Source: the human T2T-CHM13v2.0 reference genome, Homo sapiens
NCBI RefSeq assembly: GCF_009914755.1
Contig: NC_060927.1
DNA: 64,000 nt
Reading direction: 5' to 3' (one strand)
The translations under genes and the position numbers were made by a program. The notes under the pieces are model-generated. The model saw only the letters and a program-made list of their open reading frames with translations, was not told the DNA's origin and searched no databases. Positions 38,185 through 53,313 of the stretch are shown here, piece after piece (position 1 is the first letter of the stretch; each line of letters opens with the position of its first letter).

Positions 38185-39623
38185 CTGTTAATTCTTCTTT
38201 AAATGTTTGGTAGAATTCACTACTGAAGCCATCTGGTTCTGGACTTTTCCTTGTTGGGAGGTTTTTGATTACTGACTTTGATTACTCTTGTTAAAGTCTT
38301 TTGAAATGTTCTATTTATTCTTGAGTTAGTTTAGGTAATTTGTGTGTTTCTAAGAATTAGTCTTTTTCGTCCAGGTTATCCAATTTGTTGGCATATATTT
38401 GTTTATAATGCTCCTTATGTCCTTTTTATTTCTGTAGAGTCATTAGTAATGTTCCTATTTTTATTTCTTATTTTAGGTATTTGTATTTGCTATCTTTTTC
38501 TTTGTCAGTCTTGCTAAAGGCTTGTCAATTTTGTTGATCTTTTAAAAGAACCAACTTTTGACTTCATTGATTATCTTTTGTTTTTCTATTCTCTGCTTCA
38601 TTTATCTCCACTCTAATAATCTTTATTATTTCCTTCCTTTTGCCAGCTTTGGGTTTAGTTTACTCTTTTTCTAGTTCTTTAAGTTATAAACTTAGGTTAT
38701 TAGTTTGAGATCTTTCTTGTAATGTAAAGATGTATGCTGTAAATTTCCCCTTGAGCACTGCTTTCCTTCTATCCCGTAAGTTTTGGTATGTTGTGTTTTT
38801 GTTTTCATCCATTTCAAGTTATATCCTAATTTCCTTTTCTGTTTTCTTCTTTGATAAATTGGTTGTTGAGTATGTGATTTCCACAATATTTGTGAATTTT
38901 TCAGTTTTCTTTCTCATTGATTTCTACCTTCATTCCATTGTGGTTGGAGAAGATACTTCTTATGATTTCTGTCTTCTAAATTTGTTGAAGCTTGTTTTGT
39001 GCCCAATATATGGTCTATGGGGAGTGTTCTACATATGTCTATTAAGTCTCATTGGTTTATAGTATTGTTCAAGTCCTCTGTTTTCTTATTAATCTGTCAA
39101 ATTGTTGTGTTTATTATTGAGAATAGGGTATTGAAATCTTGAACTTTTAGAACTATTTGTCCCTTTTATTTTATGAACGTTTGCTTCCTATACTTTGGAG
39201 CTCTGTTTTTCAGTGCATGTATATTTATACTTGATATATCTTCTTGATGAATTGACCCTTTTATTAACGTATATCCTTTTTTGTTTCTTGTGACTATTTT
39301 GTACTTAAAGTCTACTTTATTTTGCATGTTATTATAGCCACCCAGCTCTTTTAGTTATTTTGCATACTTTCAGTTCCAACCTATGTGCCTTTGGATCTAA
39401 TGTAATTTTCTTGTAGACAGTTTATGTATCCATTCTGCCAATCTCTGCCTTTTGATTGGAGTGTTTAATACATTTACATTTAAAGTAATTATTGAGAAGG
39501 AAGGACTTTTGCCATTTTTGCTATTTGTATAGCTTTTATTGTCCCTCAGTCCTTCATTTCTGCCTTCTTTTGTATGTAGTTGATTTTTCTAATGTAGTTA
39601 ACTGATTTGATTCCCTTCTGCTG

Positions 39624-39803
39624 TCTTCCTTTCCTTTCCTTTCTGCTTCTTCCTTTCCCCTTTCATCTTTCTCCTTTTTCTTTTCCCTTTTCCTTTCCTT
39701 TTTCCCTCTCCTTCCTTTCCTTCCCCTCCCCTCCCTTTCCCTCTTCTCCCTTTTTCCCCCTCTTCTCCCCTTTTTCCCCCTCTTCTCCCTCCCCCTCCTC
39801 TTT
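39624..39803. repeat. CT-rich low-complexity tract (probably an expanded Alu tail)
   Basis: About 180 nt of almost pure C/T next to an antisense Alu. Confidence 0.9.
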
Positions 39804-40098
39804 CAACAAGGTTGTGCTCTGTTGTCCAGGCTGCAGTACAGTGGCATGATCATAGCTCACTGTAATCTCAAACTTCTGGGCTCACACAAGCCTGCCTCAG
39901 CCTCCTAAGTACCTAGGCCTATAGGTGGTTGCCACCATGCCCAACTATTGTTTTTGTTTGTTTATTTGTTTGTATTTTTTTAAAGATGGGGTCTTGTTAT
40001 GTTGTCCAGGCTAGTCTTGAACTCCTGGCCTCAAGTGATCCTCTTGCCTTGGCCTCCCGAAGTGCTGGGCTTACAAGCATGAAGTACCACACTCAGCC
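39804..40098 (-). mobile_element. AluJ
   Basis: Antisense Alu dimer. Confidence 0.88.
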
Positions 40099-40221
40099 TC
40101 ATTTCTTTTAGCGTATATTCTTCAGATACTTTCTTTGTGGTTACAATGGGGATTACAGTTAACATCCAAAATTTCTAACAATCCAGTGGAATTGATATCA
40201 GTTTAACTTAAAATCTCTGCC

Positions 40222-40455
40222 AATTCATGGAGACAGAAAGTAGAATAGAAGTTACCAGAGGCTATGGGAGAGGAAGTTGAGGAATTATGGTTTAACCAGT
40301 AAAGAGCTTTTGTGTGGGATGATGCAAAAGTTTTAGAAATGGATAGTGGTGGTAGTTACTCAGCATTTTGGATGTACATAATGCTGAAATTGTATGCTTT
40401 ACAATGGTTAAAAATGGCATATTTTATTTATATTTTACCACAGAGAATAAAGCTA
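40222..40455 (+). mobile_element. Short sense L1MB 3'UTR fragment
   Basis: AATTCATGGAGACAGAAAGTAGAATAGAAGTTACCAGAGGCT...ATGGTTAAAAATGGC...TTTTACCAC. Confidence 0.75.
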
Positions 40456-40556
40456 AAAACAACTAACTCTGCTTCTATATAGCTCTGCTCCCCTATTTAT
40501 GTTATCGTCACAAATTATATTTTTATACATTGTGTCCCAATAATATAGATTTATAA

Positions 40557-43500
40557 TTTTTTTGTTTTCTAGACAATTATATCATTTATTTAAAATGTTT
40601 ACTCTAAGAAATATATATATACACACACATATATACACATACATACATACATACATGCATATATATATATATATATATATATAAATATATGAAATAATAC
40701 AATTACAGCACTAAACCAGGCACCTTCAACCAAATCACAACCTTCTCTTTGATTCCCCTTCATGCTAATCATCTTTCAAATTCTTTGTCCTGAGCTGGAA
40801 GACCAGTCAGATGCCCACGGGGTCAGCACCAAGCACGTTCCCAGCTGGGCAACTGTGTACCTTTCTCTAGGAGTACAAGACGACCTTCCCCACAACTCCT
40901 TGTTTTAAAGGATTTAACCCATTCGGAAGTTCATTTTTTAATTTAAGCCAAAGGGAGGTGCGGGACAAGGCAGTCTTCACTTCGAAGGTCCCTTTCCTGC
41001 TCCACTCCCTGGCTAGGGTTCTAGAAGAGGCTGGCTGCCAGGTTTACATGAGGCTGCCGGAAGATCTAAGTGCAGCTCCGCCCAGGGCGGCTCCTGCAAA
41101 GGCTAGGACTTCGGGTGCTGCGTCCTCAACCCTCTGGGTGACCACAACTCAAAGGAGAGACGTCAAGGATTCCAGGAGCACAGATGCCTGGGTTGCGTTC
41201 CAGGAAAGAGACCTGTCCAGGCAAACGGATCAGGCTGTCTCCTGGAAGTTTGAGTTAGAGATGGTGGTTTTGGGGTGATTTGGACAAATTAGGTTAGTTT
41301 AGCAAAGCTCTGAAGTGGCAGAAGCTTCTCCCCTGGACTACTGATTGAACACAGAACACGAGATGCACGTGGCATCTCTAAGACTTAAGTCTTAGAGAGA
41401 TGCAGGCCAGCTTCCTCCCATAGGGCCTTGGGACTGGCGGGACAGACACTGCTACGTGCCCTCCAAGGGCGGGAGTCACGGTAAGGAGTGACTGGGGTGG
41501 AAAATAGAGAAAAAAGCAACAACAACTAGATCATTTTTGGCATTTTAACATGGAGACAGTGACAAGTGGTAACAATAGCAAATGCAAACAACAACAACAA
41601 AAAAACTTGAAGAGACCAATATTTAACTTTCCCATCTACCCAGTTCTCACATTTAAGTTCTATTCTCATCTCCCCCATAAGCACCACTGAATTAAATATC
41701 TATTTTAAAGCACCCAAACCAGTCCAGACCCTCTGGAAACCAAGAGCCCTAGCCAGAGCTGTCGCCTCTCTTGGGTCCAGGTGAGAGGAGGGTTCCAGGA
41801 AAGACCTCATTACTCACTCAGCACAGCGAGCTCGGGCACAGGCACTTGACGGGGACACTGGTGGCAGTCACAGCATCCGTGCTGACACGCAAGGAAGGAC
41901 ATTCTTTGGTAATCTCAAATATTTGGTACCAGAGCCAAGCAAACGTGACTAAAGAGAGCTGAGTCAGCAGAACGGTACCCCGAGTCTCAGTAACAGGACG
42001 GCCTGTGCGACGCAGGATCCAGGTAGGGGAAAAAAGGAGACCAAAGCACAAGGTGATCAAGGCTGGTACAGAAAGGGCTGATCCTTCTTGCAAGGACTGG
42101 AGAATGCACTTGACTGCTGGCTGATCAATCTCTAATTGGTGAGTGCATGTGACAAGGCTCAGCCCTGGCTCCACAGGGAACCACCTCTGCCCCACCCCCA
42201 AGTCCCCATGGTTCCACCATCACCTGATTTTCATTTGGACTTCTTTAACAGCTAAAGTAGATATAAATGGCTAAACACAGACTCCCAATCCCCCTCCAGG
42301 GGGACACTGCAGATTATAGGCAGCCAAGGGGAGAAACAGAACCAACACCGGCTTAGGCCAATCTGCAAGAAAAAGCAGGAAAGGAGGACCCGGATGCTTC
42401 CAAAGCATGTGAGCGTGGTTTTGGATGGAAGCAGGCCGGTGACTTTGCCTGGCTGCTGCTGGTTCCTGTAAGGGACATTTTTTCTGATTAAATGGCGATT
42501 CCTCTTCTATGTAGCATCTGCTTGGATCATGATGGTAATCATAACTGGAAAGGGGTGTTTTGGGGAGTGTATTCAGGAGAGGAAGAAAGAAAAAACTTAA
42601 AAAAAAACCTAGATTGCTGAAAGTTTCTGCCTCTTGTAGGAATGGTAAGTCAACTATCAGCAAGTATTTTAATTCGACATTAAAGGGAAAAAAACGTACT
42701 TTGGAAAGCATACAGAACAAAAGGTAAATATTGGATCACTTGTAAAATGGAATCTTATGGAGTCTAAACAAAAATGCACCTTAGGTCAGCTTTTGCTTTT
42801 TTAAATACCTCGTTTGACTTCCCATCCCAGTGCACATGGAAGTGACAGCTGCCACGAGAGGTGTAGAGTCGGAGAAGTCTCTGGGAGCATCAAAGGGTTT
42901 GGCGGTTGTATTCTGGTAGTTTCTTGATCTTCTCTTTCTCGGTCTCACTTTTGTCTCTTGGTGTCACCAAAGAGTGTGAGTAGCCCATGGTGACCTCTGA
43001 GAAAATGCCATCCAGAGTCTTCACCTCCTGGGCTGCAGTGGAAGACTTGGGCTTGTGGTCCCTTAGCCCAGTTCCCCGAAGGTCGGTGATGGGCCCCAGC
43101 TATGGTGCTCTCTCGGTGGCCACAATGATGCTGCTCTTCCCACAAGCCAGGCTCTGGATTATCCAGCCACAGAGGTCCTGCACTGCTTTTGGGTATGTGG
43201 TAGATTCACGGGAGGTGTTGGTGGCCCCCTGGAAAAACAGACCACCCACTTCACTGATGGCAAAGGAGCAGGTGTAACCAGTATAGATCTGGGACACCCG
43301 ATGTCCAGGGAAGTCAAACAGCTTCACCAGGTGGGGGACCATCTCATCCTGCTCTGCGTGGCCCAGCCGGCCATAGCCACTGAAGCCCCAGGAGAAGACT
43401 CACTTCTGGGAGTCCAGGACCAGTGTGTGGTTAGCGCCACAGGCTACGTCTCACACAGCTACATTTGGTACAGGCAGGATCTGCCTCAATGAAGATGGTC

Positions 43501-43910
43501 ACTCAATGGGGAACCAGTCTGTAGTTGTACTCTGTCCGCCGTGCCCGGGCGATGAACTTCCCATCCGAGTTGTGTCCCAGCTGACCATATTCATGGCACC
43601 CAAAGGAATAGAGGTTTCCTTTGCAGTCCATTATCATACTGAATTCAGCCCCAAAGGCCATTTTGGTAATTGGCTGGCCATTGTATATTATCTGTGCGGG
43701 GCTGGGGATAGTGTCTGTCAGGTTGCCAAGGCCCAGCTGCCCCATCTTGTTCTCCCCAAACGCAAACACGGAGCCCATTTCCATCAAGGCCAAGGTGTAG
43801 TTCTGCCCACATGCTGCAGACATGATCACTTCGTGGCTGAGGCCCTCGATGAGTCTGGGGGCTCCTACTCTCTTGGTGTCACCATGTCCCAGCTGCCCTT
43901 TCTCATTCCT
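40557..43910 (-). pseudogene. RCC2P4: RCC2 (TD-60) processed pseudogene, 5'-truncated, with C-terminal CDS (42890-43910) and 3'UTR; probably RCC2P4
   Basis: Intronless minus-strand translation gives RCC2 RCC1-repeat sequence (RNEKGQLGHGDTK...GSVFAFGENKMGQLGLG...KEKIKKLPEYN). Stop codon at 42890-42892; premature TGA at 43503, 43451 and 43400; indels. AATAAA at 40585-40590 and a degenerate A-tail. The P4 number is from memory of the locus. Confidence 0.9.
40611..40690. repeat. (TA)n/(CA)n/(CATA)n compound microsatellite in the retrocopy 3'UTR
   Basis: Directly visible. Confidence 0.9.
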
Positions 43911-44516
43911 AGATTTCCAAAGAATCTTTCCTGACTTTTCCTCCCATGCCTGTTAGGTGCTCTCTTTTCTGTCCAGACCATGATTTTCCCACCAGGCACC
44001 TGTGTGTTGTTAGCTTACCCAAAGCATTTTCTATTTTTTATTTCTATTTATTTATTTTCAACATTTAGGTTCAGGGGTGCTTGTGAAGGTTTATTATATA
44101 GGTAAACTGCATGTCACAGGGGTTTGGTGTACTAATAATTTCATCACCCAGATAATTAGCCTAGTACCCAAAGGGTATTTTTTCTGATTCTCTCCGTCTT
44201 CCTACCTTCCACCCTCAAGTAGGCCCCAGTGTCTGTTATTCCCCTCCTAGTATCCAAGTGTTTTCATTGTTTAGCTCCCACTTGTAAGTGGGAACATGCA
44301 GCCTTTGGTTTACTGTTCCTGTGTTAGTTTGCTTAGGATAATGGCCTCCAGCTCCATCTATGTTGCCACAAAGGACACGATCTCATTCTTTTTTATGTCT
44401 GCATAGTATTCCATGGTGTACATGTACCACATTTTGTTTATCCAGTGTACCATGGATGAGTATTTAGGTTGATGCCATGTCTTTCCTATCGTGAATAGTG
44501 CTGCAGTGAACATATG

Positions 44517-44984
44517 TGATATGGTTTGGGTCTGTGTCCCCGCCCAAATCTCATGTCGAATTGTAATCCCCAGTGTTGGAGGTGGGGCCTAGTGGGCAGT
44601 GATTGGATCGTGGGGGTAGATTTCTCATGCATGGTTTAGCACCATCCCCTTAGTGCTGTTTGTGTGATAGTGAGTGAATTCTTGTGAGATCTGTTTATTT
44701 AAAAGTGTGTAGCACCTCCCCTAACCTCTCTCTCTCGCTCCTGCTTCTGCCCTGTAAGACAGCTGTTCCCCCTTTGCCTTACACCATGATTGGAAACTTC
44801 CTGAGGTCTCTGCAGAAGCAGAAGCCACTATGCTTCCTGTACAGCCATGCACAGGAAGAACTTGTTCTTCTTGTGTACCTTTTCATCCTGTGCAGCAGAA
44901 CTGCGAGCCAGTTAAACCATTTTTCTTTATAAACTACCCAGTCTCAGGTATTTCTTTATAGCTGTGCAAGAACGGACTAATACA
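44517..44984 (+). mobile_element. MSTA solo LTR with 5-bp TSD, inserted in L1
   Basis: TGATATGGTTTGG...GGACTAATACA flanked by ATATG at 44512-44516 and 44985-44989. Confidence 0.92.
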
Positions 44985-45960
44985 ATATGCATGTGTGTGT
45001 CTTTATGGCAGAACAATTTATATTCCTTTGGGTATATACCCAATAATGAGATTGCTGGGTTGAATGATAGTTCAATTTTAAGTTCTTTGGGGAATCTCGC
45101 CACATTTTCCACAGAGGCTGAAGTAATTTACATTCCCACAGCAGTGTCTATAAGCATACCCTTTTCCCCACAACCTCGCCAACATCTATTATTTTTTGAC
45201 TTTTTAATAATATTCTGACTGGTGTAAGATGGTATCTCATTTTGATTTTGATTTGCATTTCGTTAATGGTTAGTGATGTTGAGCATTTTTTCATATGCTC
45301 ATTGGCTGCATGTATGTCCTTTGCCCACTTCTTAATGGGGTTATTTTTTTGCTTATTAATTTGCTTAAGTTTCTTGTAGATTCTAGGTATTAGACCTCTG
45401 TCAGATGTATAGCTTGCAAATATTTTCTCCCATTTTGTAGGTCGCACGTTTACTCTGTTGATAGTTTCATTTGCTCTGCAGAAGTTCTTTAGTTTAATTA
45501 GATTCCATTTGCCAATTTTTGTTTTTGTTGCAATTGCTTTTGGTGTCTTTGTTGCGAAATATTTGCCAAGTCCTATGTTCAGAATGGTATCTTCCAGTAT
45601 TTTATGGTTCTAGGTTTTACATTTAAATATTTAATCCATCTTGAGTTGATTTTGTATGTATTGTAAGGTAGGGGTTCAGTATCACTCTTCTGCATATAGC
45701 TAGCCAGTTATCACAGCACCATTTATTGAATAGGGAGTCTTTTCCTCATTGCTGGTTTTGTCAAAGATTAGATGATTCTTAGGTATGTGGCATTACTTCT
45801 GGGTTCTCTATTCTGTTCCGTTGGTCTGTGTGTCTGTTTTTGTACCAATACTCTGCCGTTTTGTTTACTGTAGCCCTGTAGTATAGTTTGAAGTTGGGTA
45901 ACATGATATCTCCCGCTTTGTTCTTTTTGCTTAGGATTGCCTGGGCTATTTGGGCTCTTT

Positions 45961-46262
45961 TTTTCTTTCATTTTTTTGAGATGGAGTCTCACTCTGTTGC
46001 CCACGCTAGAGTGCAGTGTTGCGATCTTGGCTCACTGCAACCTCTGCCTCCCAGTTCAAATGATTCTCCTGCCTCAGTCTCCCGAGTAGCTGGGATTACA
46101 GACCTGTGCCACCACTCCTGGCTAATTTTTTTTGTACTTTTAGTAGAGATGGGGTTTTGCCATGTTGGCCAGGCTAGTCTTGAACTCCTGACCTCAAGTG
46201 ATCCACCCAGCTTGGCCTCCCAAAGTGCTGAGATTACAGGCATGAGCCACCATACCTGGCCC
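45961..46262 (-). mobile_element. AluS inserted in L1 ORF2
   Basis: Antisense Alu flanked by GGCTCTTTTTT on both sides. Confidence 0.93.
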
Positions 46263-47559
46263 AGGCTCTTTTTTGAATATGAATTCAATATGAATTTTAA
46301 AATAGTTTTTCCTAATTCTGTGAAGAATATCATTGGTAATTTGATAGGAATAGCATTGAATCTGTAAATTGCTTTGTGCTGTATGGCCATTTTAATCATA
46401 CTAGTTTTTTGTATCCGTGAGCATAGAATGTTTTTCCATTTGTTTGTGTCATCTCTGATTTCTTTGAGCCATGTTTTGTTTTGTTTTGTAATTCTCATTG
46501 TAGAGATTTTTTACCTCCTTGGTTACGTGTATTCTAAGGTATTTTATTCTTTTTGTGGCTATTGTGAATGGGATTGTGCTCTTGATTTGGCTCTTGGCTT
46601 GGATGTTTTTGGTGTATAGTAATGCTACTGATTTTTGTATGTTGCTTTTGTATCCTGAAACTGTGCTGAAGTTGTTTATCAGATCAGGGAGCTTTGGGCA
46701 GAGACTAGATATAAAATCATGTTGTCTGCAAATAGGGATAATTTGACTTCCTCTTTTCCTGTTTGGATGCTGTTTATTCTTTCTTTTGTCTGATTGCTCT
46801 GGCCAGGATTTCCAATAATATGTTGAATAGAAGTGATCAGAAAGGACATTCTTGTGTTGTGCCAGTTTTCAAGGGGAATGCTTCCAGCTTTTGCCCATAC
46901 AATATGATACTGGATGTGGATTTGTCATAGATAGCTCTTATTTTCAAGTATGCTCCTTCAATGCCTAACTTATTGAGGGTTTTTAACATGAAGGGATGTT
47001 GAATTTTATAGGAAACCTTTTCTGCATCTATTGAGATGGTCATGTGGTTTTGTTTTTAGTTCAGTGAATGGGTTGAACCACATTTATTGATATGCGTATG
47101 TTGAACCAACCTTGCATCCCAGGGATAAAGCCTACTTGATCATGGTGGATTAGCTTTTCTGTGTGCTACTGGATTTGGTTTGCTGGTATTTTGTTTAGGA
47201 TTCTTGCATCTGTGTTTATCAAGGATATTGGGCTGAAGCTTTCTCTTTTTGTTGTGTCTCTGCCAGGTTTTTGGTATCAGGATGATGCTGGCCTCATTGA
47301 ATGAGTTGTGGAGAAGTCCCTCCTCCTCAATTTTTTGAAATAGTTTCAGTAGGAATGGTACCAACTATTCTTTATAAATCTGGTAGAATTCAGCTGTGAA
47401 TCCATTTGGTCTTGTGCTTTTTTTGGTTGGTAGGGTTTTTATTGCTAATTCAATTCTGGAACTTGTTATTGGTCTGTTGAGGGATTTAATTTCTTTCTGG
47501 TTTAGTCCTGGGAGGTTGTATGTGTCCAGGAATTTATCCACTTCTTCTAGATTTTCTAG

Positions 47560-47964
<405 letters not shown>

Positions 47965-48562
47965 CCCTAAAGGGGGGTTCTCCTCTCTTATTTTCTTTGT
48001 TAGTCTAACTAGTGGTCTATCTTATTTATTTTTTCAAATAACCAACTCCTGGGTTTGTTGATATTTCGTATGGTTTTTAATGTCTCAATTTCTTTCAATT
48101 CAGCTCTGATTTAGGTTATTTTTTGTCTTCCAGCTTTGGGGCTATTTTGCTCTTGCTTCTCTGGTTCTTCTAGTTGTGATTTAGGTTGTTAATTGGGGAT
48201 CTTTCTAAGTTTTTGATGTGGGTATCTAGTGCTATAAACCGCCCTCTTAACACTGCCTTAGCTATGTCCTGAGAGATTCTGGTATGTTGTATCTTTGTTC
48301 TCATTAGTTTCAAATAATTACTTGTTTTCTTCCTTAATTTCATTACTTACCCAAAAGTCATTCTGTATGTGCCATGTGGCAATATGAAGTTGTTTTTGGG
48401 TGGAGAGTTCTGTAGATGTATATTAGGTCCATTTGGTCAAGTGTTGAGTCCAGGTCTTGAGTATCTTTGTTAATTGTCTGCCTCAGTGGTCTCTCTAATA
48501 CTGTCATGGGGTGTTGAAATCTACACCTACTATTATGTAGGAATGTTAGTCTCTTCATAGGT

Positions 48563-48837
<275 letters not shown>

Positions 48838-50043
48838 TCATAGGTCTTTAAGAACTTCCCTTATGAACCTGGGTGCTCCTGTGTTGGGTATATATACATT
48901 TAGGATAGTTAGGTCTTCGTGTTAAATTGAACTCTTTACCATTGTGTAACGCCCTTTGTCTTTTTTATCTTTGTTGGTTTAAAGTCTGTTTTCTCTTAGA
49001 TTAGGATTACAACTCCTGCTATTTTTTGTTTTCCATTTGCTTGGTAGATTTTTCTGTATTCCTTTATTTTGAGCCTGTGGATGTCATTGCATGTGAGATG
49101 GGTCTCTTGAAGACAGCATACCATTGGGTCTTCTTTATCCAGCTTGCCACTCTGTGCCTTTCAATGGGGTATTTAGCCCAATTATGTTCAAGGTTAGTAT
49201 TGATATGTGTGAATTTGAACTTGTCATCATGTTATTAGCTGTTTATTCAGATTTGTTTGTGTGGTTGCTTCATAGTGTCACTGGTCTATGTACTTTGGTG
49301 TGTTTTTGTAGTGGCCAGTAATAGTCTTTCCTTTCAATATTTGGTGCTCCTTTCAGGACCTCTGGTAAGGCAGTTCTAGTGGTAATGAATTCCCTCAGCA
49401 TTTGCTTGTCGGAAAAGGATCTTATTTCTCCTTTACTTATGAAGCTTAGTTTGGCTGGATATGAAATTCTTGGTTAGACTTTTTTTTTTTCTTAAAGAAT
49501 GCTGAATATAGGGCCCCAATCTCTTCTGGCTTGCAGGGTTTCTGTAGAAAGATCTGCTGCTAGCCTGATGGGGTTCCCTTTGTAGGTGACCTGCCCTTTC
49601 TCTCTAACTGCATTTAACATTTTGACCTTGGAGAATCTGATGATTATATGTCTTGGGGATGGTCTTCTTGTGTAATGTCTTGCAGGTGTTTTCTCCCTGC
49701 AGTATTTTCAAGTAATACCTGCCCTTTTCCAGCCTTAGTTCTGAATTAGGTGAAAGGGAGAAGTGCTTTGCATCAGTCCTTCAGGCAGCCGTCAGACAGG
49801 TTAGAACAGATGCACACAATAATTTACGAGTAATACCTGCCGTGCTCCCTGTGGAACCAAGGACCAGAGTCTCACGTTGGGAATGTGGCTACAACTGAGC
49901 CATGACAGCGATAGGGCAAAGGCAAGTAAAAACACCAGAAAGTTTTCCTACTGTTCTCAAGTGGCCTTTTTCTTTATTCAGCATTCTCTTGCTTGTTTTA
50001 AACTTTGGACTATTTTTCAGAGCTTTGAGAAAGTTGGTTCTGA

Positions 50044-51590
<1,547 letters not shown>

Positions 51591-51909
51591 ATTTTTTGAC
51601 CTAAATTTCAAAGATTTGGTTCACATTATCATCAGATTTTCCTCCATAAGACAGTAATTCCAGTTTACGTTCCTACCAGCAGTGTCTGAGAGTGCCTGTG
51701 GCCAGCACTGAGTCCTAGCATCCTTTTCCATCTTGTTGATCTGACAGACAGAAATGTGTGTCAGTGGTATTAATTTTTGTTTCTTTGGTTTCAAATAGAG
51801 ATTGAATATTTTTCATATATTTATGGGCCTGATTTTTCCCTCTCTTATGAATTGCCTCTTCATGTCCCGAGAGAGAATTTAAAATAGAAAGTGAGGAGTA
51901 ATATGTTGC

Positions 51910-52560
51910 TGTATCAGTTAAGGCCCAGCCAGGAGAAACTACAGCAATTATTGGAGCAGAGAATTTGATTTCAAAAGTCAGTAACTGGGTACAAGGTTAT
52001 TAACTAGGTTATTGAAAGGGTAAAAGGGAACATTAAAGTATTACGGAGTTAGCAACCGCAAGCAGCAGCTACCACCAGCTGTAGGGCTGAAGAATCAAAG
52101 GGAAGATGTCACAGTTACTAAAACTCTAGAGGTTAAGGAAAGTCCCCATGTAACTCAGAGCTTCATGGAGGGGCACCTCATGGCTGAGACTTTTATCTTC
52201 AAGGGTGAGGTATGATGAAGTTGCTTCTGCGGGTTTTGGAAAAACTGCAGGCTCAAATCAGCGGCTGCTCCAGGGCAGAACTGTTCCGGTAAAGGAACCC
52301 TGCTGGGGTCATGTTCCTCAGAACAAGAAGGGAGAGGAAGCACACTGGGTGCAGGTGCGGATTTCCTGTAGCACTCCCTATTGGAGAGACTTTCATGGAG
52401 CCACATCGCCACACAGGAGTGGGATTCGCTGAGTGCCAGCCAGGCCCAGCATCACGGAGACCAGTGTGGAAGGTGAGCTGGGATCTGAAGTGGAAGAATA
52501 TGATGATCGGCTCAGCTACCATTCCCTTAGTAGGTGTTGCCTTGGGGTGAATGTGGAGTG
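51910..52560. mobile_element. Possible old ERVL-type LTR
   Basis: TGTATCAGTTAAGGCCCAGCCAGGAGAAAC resembles ERVL LTR termini. Family and right boundary unresolved. Confidence 0.35.
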
Positions 52561-53154
52561 GGAAACATGAATTGGCTGTGCTTCTGGTTGTCTTGGGTCT
52601 TCTTTAATAATTTCTCTGTTAATAGTTTGAGCATCTTGCTACAGTGCGTTTTAGTGTGAACATTGTTTTTGGTACAACATGGCTCCTAAATTATATTTTG
52701 CATATGGATGCTATCCTGGGTACTCTATGTCACTGCCTTTGTAGTATCATACAGAATTGGATATAAAGTTGTATATATGTACTTCACAGGGGAGACAGGG
52801 TGTTTCAAGAAGAGTTCTGATTATGTCTGATGCTCTCTTTACTTTAGATCCTAATCTGCCTTACATTCTCTCAGCTCAGTAAAGTGAGGCTTCAGTTATA
52901 TTCCAGTCAAGCTAGAGATCACCACCTGTGACCAGTCCTGCACACATCCCTCTTCTGACTTCCCTGTTTTTTGTCCTGTTTGGATCGATTCTGAATTCCT
53001 AAGGATTGGGACCATGTTTATCTTAGGCATAGGACCTTGAGGGCACTTAGTAGTTGCTCAACAAATATTTGTCAAATATTGATAGCAACAACAGCAATCA
53101 TATTTACTTTACATATAATCATTTAATTCTCATATCAACTCTGAGTAGTTGTTA

Positions 53155-53313
53155 CCATATTCAATTCTGAGGTGAATTTTTTTCTTATAACATCTTTGAA
53201 TTAGGGATACATTTTATAACCAGTGACATAACCAACATCATTTTTTTTCTTAGTGGTAATGGAATAATGGTTCATGTTATAATCGATGGTGTCTTAGATT
53301 CAATTACATATGG
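53155..53313. mobile_element. MER104-like Tc2 MITE inserted in a MIR
   Basis: TA|CCATAT...AATCGATGGTGTCTTAGATTC...ATATGG. MIR core resumes afterwards (CCCACTTTATAGGAAACTGGGACACAAAGAGGCAAAGTGACTTGCCC). Confidence 0.65.

Noticed and set aside
39607-39860. F/P/S-rich and E/K/G-rich ORFs
   Set aside because: Artefacts of the CT-rich repeat.
43503-43829. Functional RCC1-repeat retrogene
   Set aside because: 5'-truncated, with multiple stops and frameshifts and no evident promoter.
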